IMG/VR virus record: IMGVR_UViG_3300029705_000009
Length of the DNA: 64,000 nt
Strand: one strand, 5' to 3'
From: a virus
Taxonomy: Duplodnaviria > Caudoviricetes
The notes below the pieces were generated by a model that was given only the letters and a program-made list of their open reading frames with translations, did not search any database and was not told the origin of the DNA. This document shows, piece by piece, positions 29,020 to 38,416 of this stretch. The translations under genes and the position numbers were made by a program. How positions within the stretch are numbered: the stretch's first letter is position 1; each line of letters opens with the position of its first letter.

Positions 29020-29498
29020 CCTATCTCCTTTGCGATTTCTTCCATTTCTACTTCTTTAATATTTTTTGCTTTGTCTATGTACAAAACTCCTTTCAAATGG
29101 TCATATTCATGTTGGATAATCCTAGCATTCATACCATCATATTCTTTTGTAACAATTTGTTTTCCATTGAAATATTTAATTTTGATTGCTTTATGTCTTT
29201 CCACTTCTCCACATATTCCAGGCACACTAAGGCAACCTTCCGTGTCAATTTCCATTCCATCTGAATATTCCAAGATTGTAGGATTTACAAACAATTCAAT
29301 TCTTTCGTTGTCTAAAACTGCTACGAATAATCGCTTGTTTACTCCTACTTGTGGTGCTGCTATTCCACAACCTTTACCTTCAATCATTAAGCAAATCATT
29401 GAATTAATAAGGTTATTCATATAGTCTGCTTTCTCTTTTGTAATTGGTACACATTTTGTTCTTAATTTGCTTTCATTTTCTAAGGTTACAATATTCAT
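29016..29498 (-). CDS. def: peptide deformylase
   Basis: GCGIAAPQVG, EGCLS, QHEYDHLKG. Confidence 0.95.
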   Translation of the reverse strand: MNIVTLENESKLRTKCVPITKEKADYMNNLINSMICLMIEGKGCGIAAPQVGVNKRLFVAVLDNERIELFVNPTILEYSDGMEIDTEGCLSVPGICGEVERHKAIKIKYFNGKQIVTKEYDGMNARIIQHEYDHLKGVLYIDKAKNIKEVEMEEIAKEIG

Positions 29499-29500
29499 AA

Positions 29501-30172
29501 TTACTCTTCCTCTTCTTCCTCATCACTTTCTACATCTACTTCGCTCCAAATCCAACCGGCATAACCGAAGTCGTATACCTTTAATACTCCATCTGGTGTA
29601 TTGATTTCCGTTGGTGGTGCAATCTCTTGTCTGCCATATTCAGTGTTATCATCTTCACAGTAGAATGTATCTGTTTCTTCATCATAGAAACATCTGCATT
29701 CTGTTTCTTCATCATATTTATAGGAAAACTCTTTACAGATGTCCAAAGCAGTTTCCTTTGTGAAGTATGGACAATCCCAACCGTTCCAATACTGATTAAA
29801 TGTATATCCAGGATAGATGTTTCCCTCTTCAATGGCAAACTTCGCAGCCCTTGCTTCCTCAAAGAAGACTTCCTTTCTGGAATACTTTCGTTCATCAACC
29901 TCAATTTTTTCCAGAACTCTTACTCTACCATCACCAAGAACTCTGTTCTTATCACGGAACTTAATTTCCTTTGTAACTTCCAGAAGATACTCTTCTTTTA
30001 TGCCGTTTATATCTTTTCCTAATGCTTCACTATATTCTGTATATTCTGACAATACAGACATAAATAATTTGCCTTTGTGTTTTCCTAATGTACACTTCTC
30101 AAAACTTACTAAGGTTCCTTCCTGTGTTCTGTATCTCCATGCTTCGTCCCTTGTTAATGTGATTGTTTTCAT
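29501..30172 (-). CDS. hypothetical protein
   Basis: WNGWDCPYF motif; RBS. Confidence 0.7.
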   Translation of the reverse strand: MKTITLTRDEAWRYRTQEGTLVSFEKCTLGKHKGKLFMSVLSEYTEYSEALGKDINGIKEEYLLEVTKEIKFRDKNRVLGDGRVRVLEKIEVDERKYSRKEVFFEEARAAKFAIEEGNIYPGYTFNQYWNGWDCPYFTKETALDICKEFSYKYDEETECRCFYDEETDTFYCEDDNTEYGRQEIAPPTEINTPDGVLKVYDFGYAGWIWSEVDVESDEEEEEE

Positions 30173-30184
30173 ATTCTCTCTCCT

Positions 30185-30820
30185 TTAAATTCCATTCTCT
30201 TCTTCATACCTTGCACTTCTCTCAGTGATCTCCCTTGCATAACTACTTACCTTTCCGGATTTCATCATGTTGTTTGCATATCTAGCACCTCCGTTGTATT
30301 TCATGAGAACATAGTACACATCATCGTCTTCTTCGAAGTAGCTACTTAACAATGCAACACCTACCTTTACGTTATCTAATGGCACATACAAATCCGTTAC
30401 TCCAAGTTCGTCCATAAGTTCGTAGTGCCATTTCTTTTGAATCTGCATCAGACCTTTACTTTCGCAATTATCTCCAAGTGCACGTATGTTGAAACTGCTT
30501 TCTTGTTCAATAATTGCCATGATGAATTCAAACGAAATATTATAGCTTTCACAGATATCAAATATCCCTTGCTGCAGTTCTTTGCTTAAAGGACAATCTA
30601 TGTATCTGTATTCCTTTTCGTTTTCCACCTCCTTTACTTCTGTTATTTCTTGCACATCAGATTTCTCTTGCACTACTTCAATTTCCCTTGTTACTTGCAT
30701 TGGCTCTTTCAAATCTTTCAATGATACCAAATCTCCCGTTGCATGAGCATTGATGTTATGTGCTCCTAATGCCATTACTGTTGCCGTTACCATTAAATAT
30801 GTAGTCAAAATCCTTTTCAT
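30185..30820 (-). CDS. exported SLT-domain lytic transglycosylase
   Basis: Signal peptide; AIIEQESSFN, GLMQI, MKYNGG. Confidence 0.85.
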   Translation of the reverse strand: MKRILTTYLMVTATVMALGAHNINAHATGDLVSLKDLKEPMQVTREIEVVQEKSDVQEITEVKEVENEKEYRYIDCPLSKELQQGIFDICESYNISFEFIMAIIEQESSFNIRALGDNCESKGLMQIQKKWHYELMDELGVTDLYVPLDNVKVGVALLSSYFEEDDDVYYVLMKYNGGARYANNMMKSGKVSSYAREITERSARYEEENGI

Positions 30821-30840
30821 TTCTTTTTCCCTTTCTTGTT

Positions 30841-30926
30841 TAATTTTATTTACCTATGTCGGAATTTTAACTCTGTGAGGAACTTGCACAATTCCCCACA
30901 GAGTAATTAGGTAAGTAAAATAATAC
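30841..30926. repeat. large inverted repeat with the TAAATAAAAT motif on both arms
   Basis: ATTTTATTTACCTA..ACTCTGTG..CACAGAGT..TAGGTAAGTAAAAT. Confidence 0.65.
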
Positions 30927-31012
30927 GTTTGCTTTATTATAGAACTTTTGTTTGCCCATTGCAAGCGTTTGCATGTAATTTTACTCACTTATATTTTCCT
31001 TTAAAGGACAAA

Positions 31013-31282
31013 TTATGCAGTTTTTACATTGTGACAATATCTGCGAATCTGATTAAGGTTTTCCATTTCACACAATTCCTTAATCATTTCCTTTGATAAC
31101 GGACAAACCAACTCTTCACAAATTATGATTTGTTCGCAAATCTCCAGATATAAGATGTGTTTCTTTTGCCACTCTGGTCTATCCTTTGGCTTGACATTTT
31201 CATACTTAGGAAGTCCAATGACTTCTCTTGCATACGCTTTCTTTTCTTTTACAACTTTATATAAATATTCGTACTTTTGCAT
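31013..31282 (-). CDS. hypothetical protein
   Basis: ORF with RBS. Confidence 0.65.
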   Translation of the reverse strand: MQKYEYLYKVVKEKKAYAREVIGLPKYENVKPKDRPEWQKKHILYLEICEQIIICEELVCPLSKEMIKELCEMENLNQIRRYCHNVKTA

Positions 31283-31299
31283 TGTAGTTTCCTTTCTGC

Positions 31300-31500
31300 C
31301 TATGCGTTAACCATTTCCTCTGACAATGCAGACACAGTTAGCTTGTGTGCTGCTGCTATTAAACATCTGTCACATTCAATATGTAAACCTCTGTTGCAAC
31401 AAATCTCACAACTCCGTGCGAATTTGCTTTCTGCTTCCTTGATAGTTACACATTCATTCTGAATGTTTATGCCAACCTGTTCAAATTTAATCATTTTCAT
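31300..31500 (-). CDS. Cys-rich small protein
   Basis: SCEICC..CDRC. Confidence 0.65.
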   Translation of the reverse strand: MKMIKFEQVGINIQNECVTIKEAESKFARSCEICCNRGLHIECDRCLIAAAHKLTVSALSEEMVNA

Positions 31501-31933
31501 TTCCCTCCATTACAGATATTCTTATCTGATTTCCATTCCGTGTTACTTTCCATTCTGCGACTTCACTCATTTCCTTTTCCAGTTCGTCGTATATGGCAGT
31601 TTCTTTGTCAAACACAAGTCCTTTGATAATGTCATCTTCAATTTCCATTGTGCCATTATCAGAGAACACAACTGCTACTGGAATTCCGTCATAAGGTTCT
31701 CTTGTGGAAATTTCCTTTGTTGAATAACCCCATTCGTTTCCGTCATTTGTGATGACAGTTCCATTGATGTAGTATCTGCCGTATTCAATCCGTACCGTTT
31801 CCTTTGTTTCAGGCACTTCATTTACATCTGCAATAGGAACAAGGTTTTCTTTACAGATTTCCTTTTCAAATTCTCCATTGCAGCCAGTTAATAATAAGCA
31901 CATCATGCTTACTAACATAATTAAACTTCTCAT
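31487..31933 (-). CDS. lipoprotein
   Basis: Lipobox LLTGC. Confidence 0.7.
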   Translation of the reverse strand: MRSLIMLVSMMCLLLTGCNGEFEKEICKENLVPIADVNEVPETKETVRIEYGRYYINGTVITNDGNEWGYSTKEISTREPYDGIPVAVVFSDNGTMEIEDDIIKGLVFDKETAIYDELEKEMSEVAEWKVTRNGNQIRISVMEGNEND

Positions 31934-31954
31934 TTCCTTTTCCCTTTCTGTTGG

Positions 31955-32122
31955 TTATGCTCTAACCAATCCATAAAAGCCTTTCTCATACACACCATCT
32001 GCCTTGTCAATCTCAATTAACTCCTTACGGCAAGCTACTGCTTCTACAAGTGAATTGCATTCACATACGATTTCCTTTGTGTCTGCAACAATTACGTTAT
32101 ACCTTATATCTCTCATACTCAT
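31955..32122 (-). CDS. 55-aa hypothetical protein (not in track)
   Basis: MSMRDIRYNVIVADTKE..*. Confidence 0.55.
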   Translation of the reverse strand: MSMRDIRYNVIVADTKEIVCECNSLVEAVACRKELIEIDKADGVYEKGFYGLVRA

Positions 32123-32152
32123 TTCCCTTTCTCCTTTCCCTTGCAGTTTCTC

Positions 32153-32422
32153 TTACAGAAAAGCTGCACACATTAATCCGACTGCAACCATTGAAACAAC
32201 CAATGAGATTCCAGAGATTACACACATAAGGTCATCTTTCATTTCCCTTATAGCACGACATCTCCGTGCATGTTTCTCTTCTTCATATTCGATTTCCATT
32301 CTCTGGAGTTCGCTTTCCATTCTCTTGTTTTCCTTGTATGTGTCATTCACAAAAGGCACAACTTTTACTCCGTTTGCCTTTTTAACTTCCATTGCATTCA
32401 TATATAATGCTCTTGCTTCCAT
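32153..32422 (-). CDS. small C-terminally anchored membrane protein
   Basis: Start re-set downstream of terminator; hydrophobic tail. Confidence 0.6.
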   Translation of the reverse strand: MEARALYMNAMEVKKANGVKVVPFVNDTYKENKRMESELQRMEIEYEEEKHARRCRAIREMKDDLMCVISGISLVVSMVAVGLMCAAFL

Positions 32423-32440
32423 TTCAATTTCCTTTCCATT

Positions 32441-32484
32441 AAAAAGCACAACCCCAAGTTGACTTTCGCTTGGAGCTGTGCTAG
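32441..32484 (-). terminator. intrinsic terminator
   Basis: AGCACAGCTCCAAG/CTTGGGGTTGTGCT followed by TTTT. Confidence 0.65.
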
Positions 32485-32506
32485 ACTTAAGACAGTGTCG
32501 CAAGCA

Positions 32507-32650
32507 CTATCTACCTAATAATTCGTTGACGGTTGCTCGGTAATCCTCATCACTGTTATCGCAAGTAACACTGACATTACCGAGCGTCAACACCATATGA
32601 ACTTCTCCATTTTCAACCTTATAGGTCTTAATGATGTCGCATTCACTCAT
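32507..32650 (-). CDS. 47-aa hypothetical protein (not in track)
   Basis: MSECDIIKTYKVENGEVHMVL..LGR*; GGAGGTG RBS. Confidence 0.55.
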   Translation of the reverse strand: MSECDIIKTYKVENGEVHMVLTLGNVSVTCDNSDEDYRATVNELLGR

Positions 32651-32701
32651 GTTTTCACCTCCCATCAATTAGAATATCTATGTGAACTGGTCTAGTGGGA
32701 T

Positions 32702-33226
32702 TTAGACCAGATTGAATGTTGCTTTCACATCAAAATCTGTGAAGTCTCTCCATACTCTTCCACCATCTTCAATAGGTTCTACTTCAACCAATCCGAAGCA
32801 TCGTGCCGGATCTTTGTGCATGAAGTCACCTCTGAAATATCTGTAACTACCATCGTTACAGTCACCGTAGATGTTAAATGCATCATCACCAAGCTTGATG
32901 TCTTTGGTGTTCTCAACACCTAACCGTGCAAGCCACTGCATTACCTCATTGATTGCTCTGAGAGTTCCACCTAATGTGAGAGAACCATTAAAACAGGTAA
33001 GACTAATCTGTGCTTCATGCTCAACTACTTCTTCCTCTACGTAGTCATCTATGAACTCCAACTCTTCACATTCCTCAACTTCGACTTCCTCAAGTTCAAT
33101 CTCTTCTTCATGCTTAGGTGCATTTTTTCTGCGACTCTTAGGCATCTCTACATCATACTTCGGTGCTTCTACTCCAACGGGAAGAACTCTAATCAATACG
33201 TTGTTGCACTCTGTGTTGTTTAACAT
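32702..33226 (-). CDS. acidic hypothetical protein
   Basis: E-rich tract; AAGGAG RBS. Confidence 0.7.
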   Translation of the reverse strand: MLNNTECNNVLIRVLPVGVEAPKYDVEMPKSRRKNAPKHEEEIELEEVEVEECEELEFIDDYVEEEVVEHEAQISLTCFNGSLTLGGTLRAINEVMQWLARLGVENTKDIKLGDDAFNIYGDCNDGSYRYFRGDFMHKDPARCFGLVEVEPIEDGGRVWRDFTDFDVKATFNLV

Positions 33227-33296
33227 GTTTACTCCTTGTACCATCGTAACCTCCGTGGTGGGCAACTTGGTTATTATTGTTGCTATCCAACATTGC

Positions 33297-33827
33297 TTAT
33301 CTGTCAGACTTCTTCACATACTTGAACTTCTTCTCAAACTCTTCTTTCGCCTTGAAGTATACAGAACCTTCAGAGTAATCAATTCGGACACCAGCATTGT
33401 AAGCTTTCTGAGCATCGAGATACTCACCATTGGTAGCTTTGTATACACAGTAAGCTTTTCTCATACCCATGTAAGACTTCTGGTTGAAACCATCACTCTT
33501 CATTCCCCAACGATAGAAACCGTCATACTTCTTAGGTTCGAAATCTGCAAGCTTCATGTCCTTCAGAGACTTTGTCTCTTTCAGAGGTTTTGTCTCTTTC
33601 TTAGCCTCAACAGGTGCATTCTTCTTCGCAGATGTCTTCTTGGATACACTCTTAGTGGCAGCCTTTGTACCATTCTTAGGGGCAGACTTCTTAGAAGTCT
33701 CAACCTCAGTACCCTTTAATGCATCAATGTCCATACGAATGGACTTCTGCTCAGTTACGATGCTCTCAAGCATCTTGCTCATTGTTGCCATCTGTGCCAT
33801 AATTTCGTGATTGCTGATTCTTGCCAT
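33297..33827 (-). CDS. Lys-rich protein, paralog of 34575..34991
   Basis: MARISNHEIM.. coiled coil, K/S/T linker, ..KKSDR*. Confidence 0.75.
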   Translation of the reverse strand: MARISNHEIMAQMATMSKMLESIVTEQKSIRMDIDALKGTEVETSKKSAPKNGTKAATKSVSKKTSAKKNAPVEAKKETKPLKETKSLKDMKLADFEPKKYDGFYRWGMKSDGFNQKSYMGMRKAYCVYKATNGEYLDAQKAYNAGVRIDYSEGSVYFKAKEEFEKKFKYVKKSDR

Positions 33828-34003
33828 AATTCCTCCATAGTCCTAGCCGTCGTTGCTTTATACCCATTTTGGGAACTAGGAACTAATCGCAGTTCTTGTT
33901 TAAGGTCTAACACTTCACGAAGTGTCTTTTTTCGTTGACTGCGTGACCATATTTCATGGAATATGGACGGCTCGTATTGACACCGTCCACACTTTGGGTT
34001 AAA

Positions 34004-34159
34004 CTAGAGTTGAGCTAGATAGCGATCCAACTCTTCCTCTAGTTGCTGAATGGTCTCATTGTATTCGTCGGCCTCACACCAAGATACACTAAGACCGTTG
34101 GTTATACACCAAGCGTTCTTAGATTGATACCATTCGGCTACTATGCGGAGATACTGCAT
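34004..34159 (-). CDS. 51-aa hypothetical protein (not in track)
   Basis: MQYLRIVAEWYQSKNAWC..YLAQL*; GGAGGA RBS. Confidence 0.6.
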   Translation of the reverse strand: MQYLRIVAEWYQSKNAWCITNGLSVSWCEADEYNETIQQLEEELDRYLAQL

Positions 34160-34194
34160 AGCATATCCTCCTTCCATGAAGATCTGACTGCATA

Positions 34195-34242
34195 GATGTT
34201 TCGCTACTGCTCATCAGCTACGGACTTTCACCGTAGGACACC
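34195..34242 (-). ncRNA. type III hammerhead ribozyme
   Basis: GGUGUC-CUACGG-ugaaagu-CCGUAG-CUGAUGA-GC-agua-GC-GAAA-CAUC: full core, GUC site, stems I-III. Confidence 0.85.
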
Positions 34243-34276
34243 AAGGTAGTTTATAGTCGTGCCTAGGACTTAAATG

Positions 34277-34486
34277 CTAACGTCTTCCCCTAATGAGATC
34301 TCTGCATTTGTATATATCCTTCTTATAGCCTTCTTGAGCCTTATTCAAAGCATGGGCATATCTAGTCTCTCCATCTGCCAAAGCCTTGGCAATCTCTCCC
34401 TCAAGTTCTTTGTAACGTTTAGCACATGCTCTTGCATGGGCAATAATCTGCTCGTAACTCCAATCCTTAACCTCAATAGCGTACAT
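34277..34486 (-). CDS. hypothetical helical protein
   Basis: AAGGAGG RBS. Confidence 0.65.
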   Translation of the reverse strand: MYAIEVKDWSYEQIIAHARACAKRYKELEGEIAKALADGETRYAHALNKAQEGYKKDIYKCRDLIRGRR

Positions 34487-34574
34487 AGTTGTTCCTCCTT
34501 GCATAAAATGAGGGCATCCGAAGATGCCCTATCAATAGTTCCATATTCAGTTTTCAGATGCCGTTAATCGAAGA

Positions 34575-34991
34575 TTAACGATCAGACTTCTTGGTGTAAG
34601 GGAATCGTGCATCGAAAGGCTTCGCAATCTTGCAGAACTCATCGTAAGCAACCCAAGCATCCTTTTTGCCAGTTACACTGGCAACGTACTTCGCTCTACA
34701 AGTCTTCCAAGACTTGTAGTTGTAGTTACCGTCGGCATCTTTCTTTGGCTCAAACTGAGCCAAAGTGTCAACCTTGGTGGAAGACTTCTTCGAAGTCTTA
34801 GGGGTTGTGGTAGGTGCAGACTGCTTCTTAGAAGACGTAGTCTTCTTAGAAGAGGTTTTCTCCACCGATACGGCTTTCTGCAAAGCAGAAATGTCTGCTC
34901 TCTGGTTCTTCTGCTCCTCAATGATGCTCTGCATCATTGTACCCATAGCGGTTAACTGTTCCATAATCTGTGCGTTACTAATTCTTGACAT
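34575..34991 (-). CDS. Lys-rich protein; first gene of leftward operon
   Basis: MSRISNAQIM..KKSDR*; AGGAGG RBS. Confidence 0.75.
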   Translation of the reverse strand: MSRISNAQIMEQLTAMGTMMQSIIEEQKNQRADISALQKAVSVEKTSSKKTTSSKKQSAPTTTPKTSKKSSTKVDTLAQFEPKKDADGNYNYKSWKTCRAKYVASVTGKKDAWVAYDEFCKIAKPFDARFPYTKKSDR

Positions 34992-35053
34992 ATAATTGTC
35001 CTCCTATAAAATAAATTTGAATTACGAAAGCACTATTGCTTTTCGTTGAGATG

Positions 35054-35081
35054 AACATAACATCGATCCAGAAAAATGCAA
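35054..35081 (-). promoter_or_regulatory. candidate leftward sigma-A promoter
   Basis: TTGCAT-16-TATGTT with TG extension. Confidence 0.45.
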
Positions 35082-35289
35082 ATTTCGAAAAATAAGCATT
35101 TTACGAAAGTTGAACCCACCCTGGGGTGGTAAAAACCTAGGAAACAAGCCATTTTCATGGGTTTTGCTATAGCTAGTTCATCTACACACCACCAATTTTT
35201 TCACCATCGCATCCCAAATCGTCACTTCCTCAATAAAGCTATCAGAAAACTTTACTCAAATCATTACAAATTCACATAACTCATCCAAC

Positions 35290-35420
35290 TTATCCACAGT
35301 CTATCCACACTTAAAAACTCCACTAAATTCAACCAGATTTACCGATTACCCATAAAACTATCCACAACTGATTATTTTATGTTGAATATTTACAATTTTT
35401 ATGTTATAAACATCTTAAGT
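35290..35420. other. putative replication origin (DnaA boxes plus AT-rich tract)
   Basis: TTATCCACA 35290; CTATCCACA 35301 and 35358; at the transcription divergence point. Confidence 0.6.
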
Positions 35421-35522
35421 TAAAAGCATCTAAAGTCAGACATATTTTAGGTTATATCCATTTAAACAACACATTTTCCTGTTAACATCTATTAACTTAC
35501 ATGCCAAATAAACCAGAATAAC

Positions 35523-35660
35523 ATGAAACATAAAGCCATCCAAATTTTAATCGTATTAATCCTGATCATCACAGCCTATATGTTAGGAAGACTTTCTATG
35601 CAAGAAGACCTTGCTGCACTTACAGAACGTATCTATCAGTTAGAGACAGAGATAATGTAG
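35523..35660 (+). CDS. 45-aa single-TM protein (not in track)
   Basis: MKHKAIQILIVLILIITAYMLGRLSMQEDLAALTERIYQLETEIM*; weak RBS. Confidence 0.45.
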   Translation: MKHKAIQILIVLILIITAYMLGRLSMQEDLAALTERIYQLETEIM

Positions 35661-35891
35661 ATAATGCATGAAATGCAGATTGTGCATGAAATGCATTTAA
35701 AAAAATAAATCCATTAAATGCAAAATCTATCCGAAATAAATAATATTCAACTTCACTTCTTCTATTCTTATGTAACATTAAGTTATTCCAGTAGAGTTTA
35801 CGAAACAGAAATAAATAACCGGTTTTCCTTTAAAAAGAAAATGAAGTATAAAATGAATAATTTGCCATTAGATAAATAAAATTATATATAG

Positions 35892-35920
35892 TTGACAAAA
35901 TAAGGAATATATGATAGAAT
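35892..35920 (+). promoter_or_regulatory. sigma-A promoter
   Basis: TTGACA-17-TAGAAT with TG extension. Confidence 0.75.
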
Positions 35921-36229
35921 ACATAATGAAATGTATAGGTTTATAAGCCTATGCCATTATTTTGGGTATTAGGTAAATAAAATTACATATGCTTTTTTAC
36001 AAAATAATTTTATTGCCTTTTATATACCTTTTCTTTAAAAGGGGTACATCAAAAATTCCCAGTAAATAAAGCAAAAAATTTTCATTTTATTGCTTTTGGG
36101 TGTCAAAATTTTTAGACTCAAAAAAGAGTCCAAATTCAAAAAATCCAGTAAAAATAAGGAATTCAAAAAATATTTAATTGCTTTTTTACTTAAATGTGGC
36201 AATAAGCCAGTAAATACAAGGAGAAAATA

Positions 36230-37480
36230 GTGATGGAGATTAATATTGTAGATGCCATAATGGGATCTGGAAAAACGGCAGCAGCAATCAACTATATAAA
36301 TTCATCCGATGATAATAAAAGGTTTATTTATATAACACCATATATAGATGAAGTAAATAGAATAATAAAGCATTGTTCCTCTAAAAAATTCAAGCAACCG
36401 GAAAAATATAATGAAAAAGCTCCAAAGATTATTAGTTTAAAGGATTTATTAAATAAAGGAACAAATATAGCAACCACTCATTCTCTCTTCCATTTATTTG
36501 ATGATGAGATAATTGATTTATGTTATTCGCAAGGATATACATTAATCATGGATGAAGTAACCGAAGTAATTGAGCAGTACTTCATTGAGAAGACTGATTT
36601 AGATTTATTATTGGAGAATTTAGTAACCATAAATGATAATAATCTATTAAAATGGCGTGAAGACCAGCAAGATTATACTGGAGATAAATTCATTCAGGAG
36701 AAACGACTATGTGATATGGACTGTTTAGCTTTATATGGAAATTCAGTTATGCTATGGATGTTTCCTGTAAAGATATTTAGGGCATTTAGGGAAAGTTACA
36801 TACTTACATATATGTTCCAGGCACAGATGCAAAAATACTATTATGATTTTTATGGGTTAAAATATAAATATTTATATGTAACCGGTAATTCATTGGACAC
36901 ATATCAGTTTACAGAAAGCATACAGACATATGTGCATAAATATGATTATAGAAAGCTAATTACAATTTATGATGATGAGAAATTAAATATGATTGGAGAC
37001 TTAGATTATTCATTATCTAAAGGCTGGTATGAAAGAAATAGGAATAATGTTTTAATGAAGCAATTAAGAAACAATGCCTTAAATTTCTTTAATAATAAAT
37101 TAACTGTATTTAATGGCGAATCCTGGGAGAAATCCAAAAGTGAGAATAACTTATGGACAACCTTTAAAGATTATAAAGTTATAGTATCCGGAAAAGGATA
37201 TGCAAAGGGATTTTTACCTTCCAACATGCGGTCCACAAATGAATACAGAAATAGATCTACTATTGCTTATTTAGTAAATAAATATTTCAATCCATTAATA
37301 AAGAATTTTTTTGAGAAGAATGGAATCAATGTATATGAAGATGATTATGCTTTATCAGAAATGCTGCAGTGGATTTGGAGATCAGCCATAAGAGATGGAA
37401 AACATATAACCGTTTATATACCAAGTAAGCGTATGAGAAATCTTTTAACTAAATGGATATATGAACAAAAATACCGTTAG
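36230..37480 (+). CDS. SF2 helicase-like protein, possible replication initiator
   Basis: VDAIMGSGKT, TTH, IMDEV, QWIWRSAIR. Confidence 0.75.
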   Translation: MMEINIVDAIMGSGKTAAAINYINSSDDNKRFIYITPYIDEVNRIIKHCSSKKFKQPEKYNEKAPKIISLKDLLNKGTNIATTHSLFHLFDDEIIDLCYSQGYTLIMDEVTEVIEQYFIEKTDLDLLLENLVTINDNNLLKWREDQQDYTGDKFIQEKRLCDMDCLALYGNSVMLWMFPVKIFRAFRESYILTYMFQAQMQKYYYDFYGLKYKYLYVTGNSLDTYQFTESIQTYVHKYDYRKLITIYDDEKLNMIGDLDYSLSKGWYERNRNNVLMKQLRNNALNFFNNKLTVFNGESWEKSKSENNLWTTFKDYKVIVSGKGYAKGFLPSNMRSTNEYRNRSTIAYLVNKYFNPLIKNFFEKNGINVYEDDYALSEMLQWIWRSAIRDGKHITVYIPSKRMRNLLTKWIYEQKYR

Positions 37481-37522
37481 GTAAATAAAATTAAATTATT
37501 GTAAAATATTCGCAACACCATA

Positions 37523-37551
37523 TTGACTATTTTTACTGGCTATGATAAATT
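37523..37551 (+). promoter_or_regulatory. sigma-A promoter of right-arm operon
   Basis: TTGACT-17-TAAATT with TG; bracketed by TTAGGTAAATA motifs. Confidence 0.6.
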
Positions 37552-37604
37552 CATAACATAGATTTAGGTAAATATAATTACACAAGCACGTAAAAGGAGA
37601 AAAA

Positions 37605-37946
37605 ATGAGAAAATATCCAGTATACTATGGAACAAACGCATATGAAGTTCGTTGGACAACTGTTGAAACAATGTATTCGTTTGAAGATTGTTTAGAAGTA
37701 TATCAAGTGAAAGAAAACAAGCTTTTCGGTATTAAGTTTAAATTGTATAAGTATTTATGTACTTATGTGGAAGACGATGTAGAGGATAGTCTTCTAAAAT
37801 CCGGGGTAGATAAAAGCTATGATGATTGGTATATTCGCCAGGCAAGTTTAGTGGTAAAAAAAGCATCGGGAATTTTACATAGTATAAATTTAAAAGATAT
37901 TCAAAAGGAAAAATTGAAATCCTGGGATGGAATAATCCCAGAGTGA
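37605..37946 (+). CDS. hypothetical protein
   Basis: ORF with RBS. Confidence 0.7.
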   Translation: MRKYPVYYGTNAYEVRWTTVETMYSFEDCLEVYQVKENKLFGIKFKLYKYLCTYVEDDVEDSLLKSGVDKSYDDWYIRQASLVVKKASGILHSINLKDIQKEKLKSWDGIIPE

Positions 37947-37984
37947 TGGAATAATATTATAGCGAAAGGTAAATAAAATTAAAT

Positions 37985-38278
37985 ATGAGCAAATCGGTAT
38001 TAATATTAAACACACCAACCAGCTGCAATAATTGTCCTTGTTGTAAACATTATGATCACGGTGTTTTTTGCGGAGTAACTGGAGGACTTATTATCTATGA
38101 CATGTATGACTTTAAGAAAAAATATGTGTTTCCAGACTGTCCATTATCTCCTCTTCCGGAACCAAAGGATCTCACTCAGTACACTACCGGTTCTACAAAC
38201 TTGGATAATATAATTCAATACGCACACGATCAAGGTTATAACGATTGTCTTTATGAATTGAATGGAGGAGACTTATAA
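37985..38278 (+). CDS. Cys-rich phage protein, paralog of 38772..39065
   Basis: MSKSVLILNTPTSCNNC..PDCPLSPLP. Confidence 0.7.
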   Translation: MSKSVLILNTPTSCNNCPCCKHYDHGVFCGVTGGLIIYDMYDFKKKYVFPDCPLSPLPEPKDLTQYTTGSTNLDNIIQYAHDQGYNDCLYELNGGDL

Positions 38279-38416
38279 TCACAGCACAAGAAGCAAAACA
38301 AGAAGTTTTATAGGTGGTGATTAATATGACAGCTCAAACAAGAGATGTCAATTTGTGGGGAACTAAAAGTAGTAAAAGAATAAAAAGATTTTTTTAAAGG
38401 AGGTTTATAGGACAAA

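Noticed and set aside
32545-32580. Second hammerhead (GUGAUGAG on the minus strand)
   Set aside because: Lacks the CUGAUGA C, stem II and GAAA.
269-34995. Plus-strand ORFs in the left arm (and minus-strand ORFs in the right arm)
   Set aside because: Shadow frames antisense to RBS-bearing genes.
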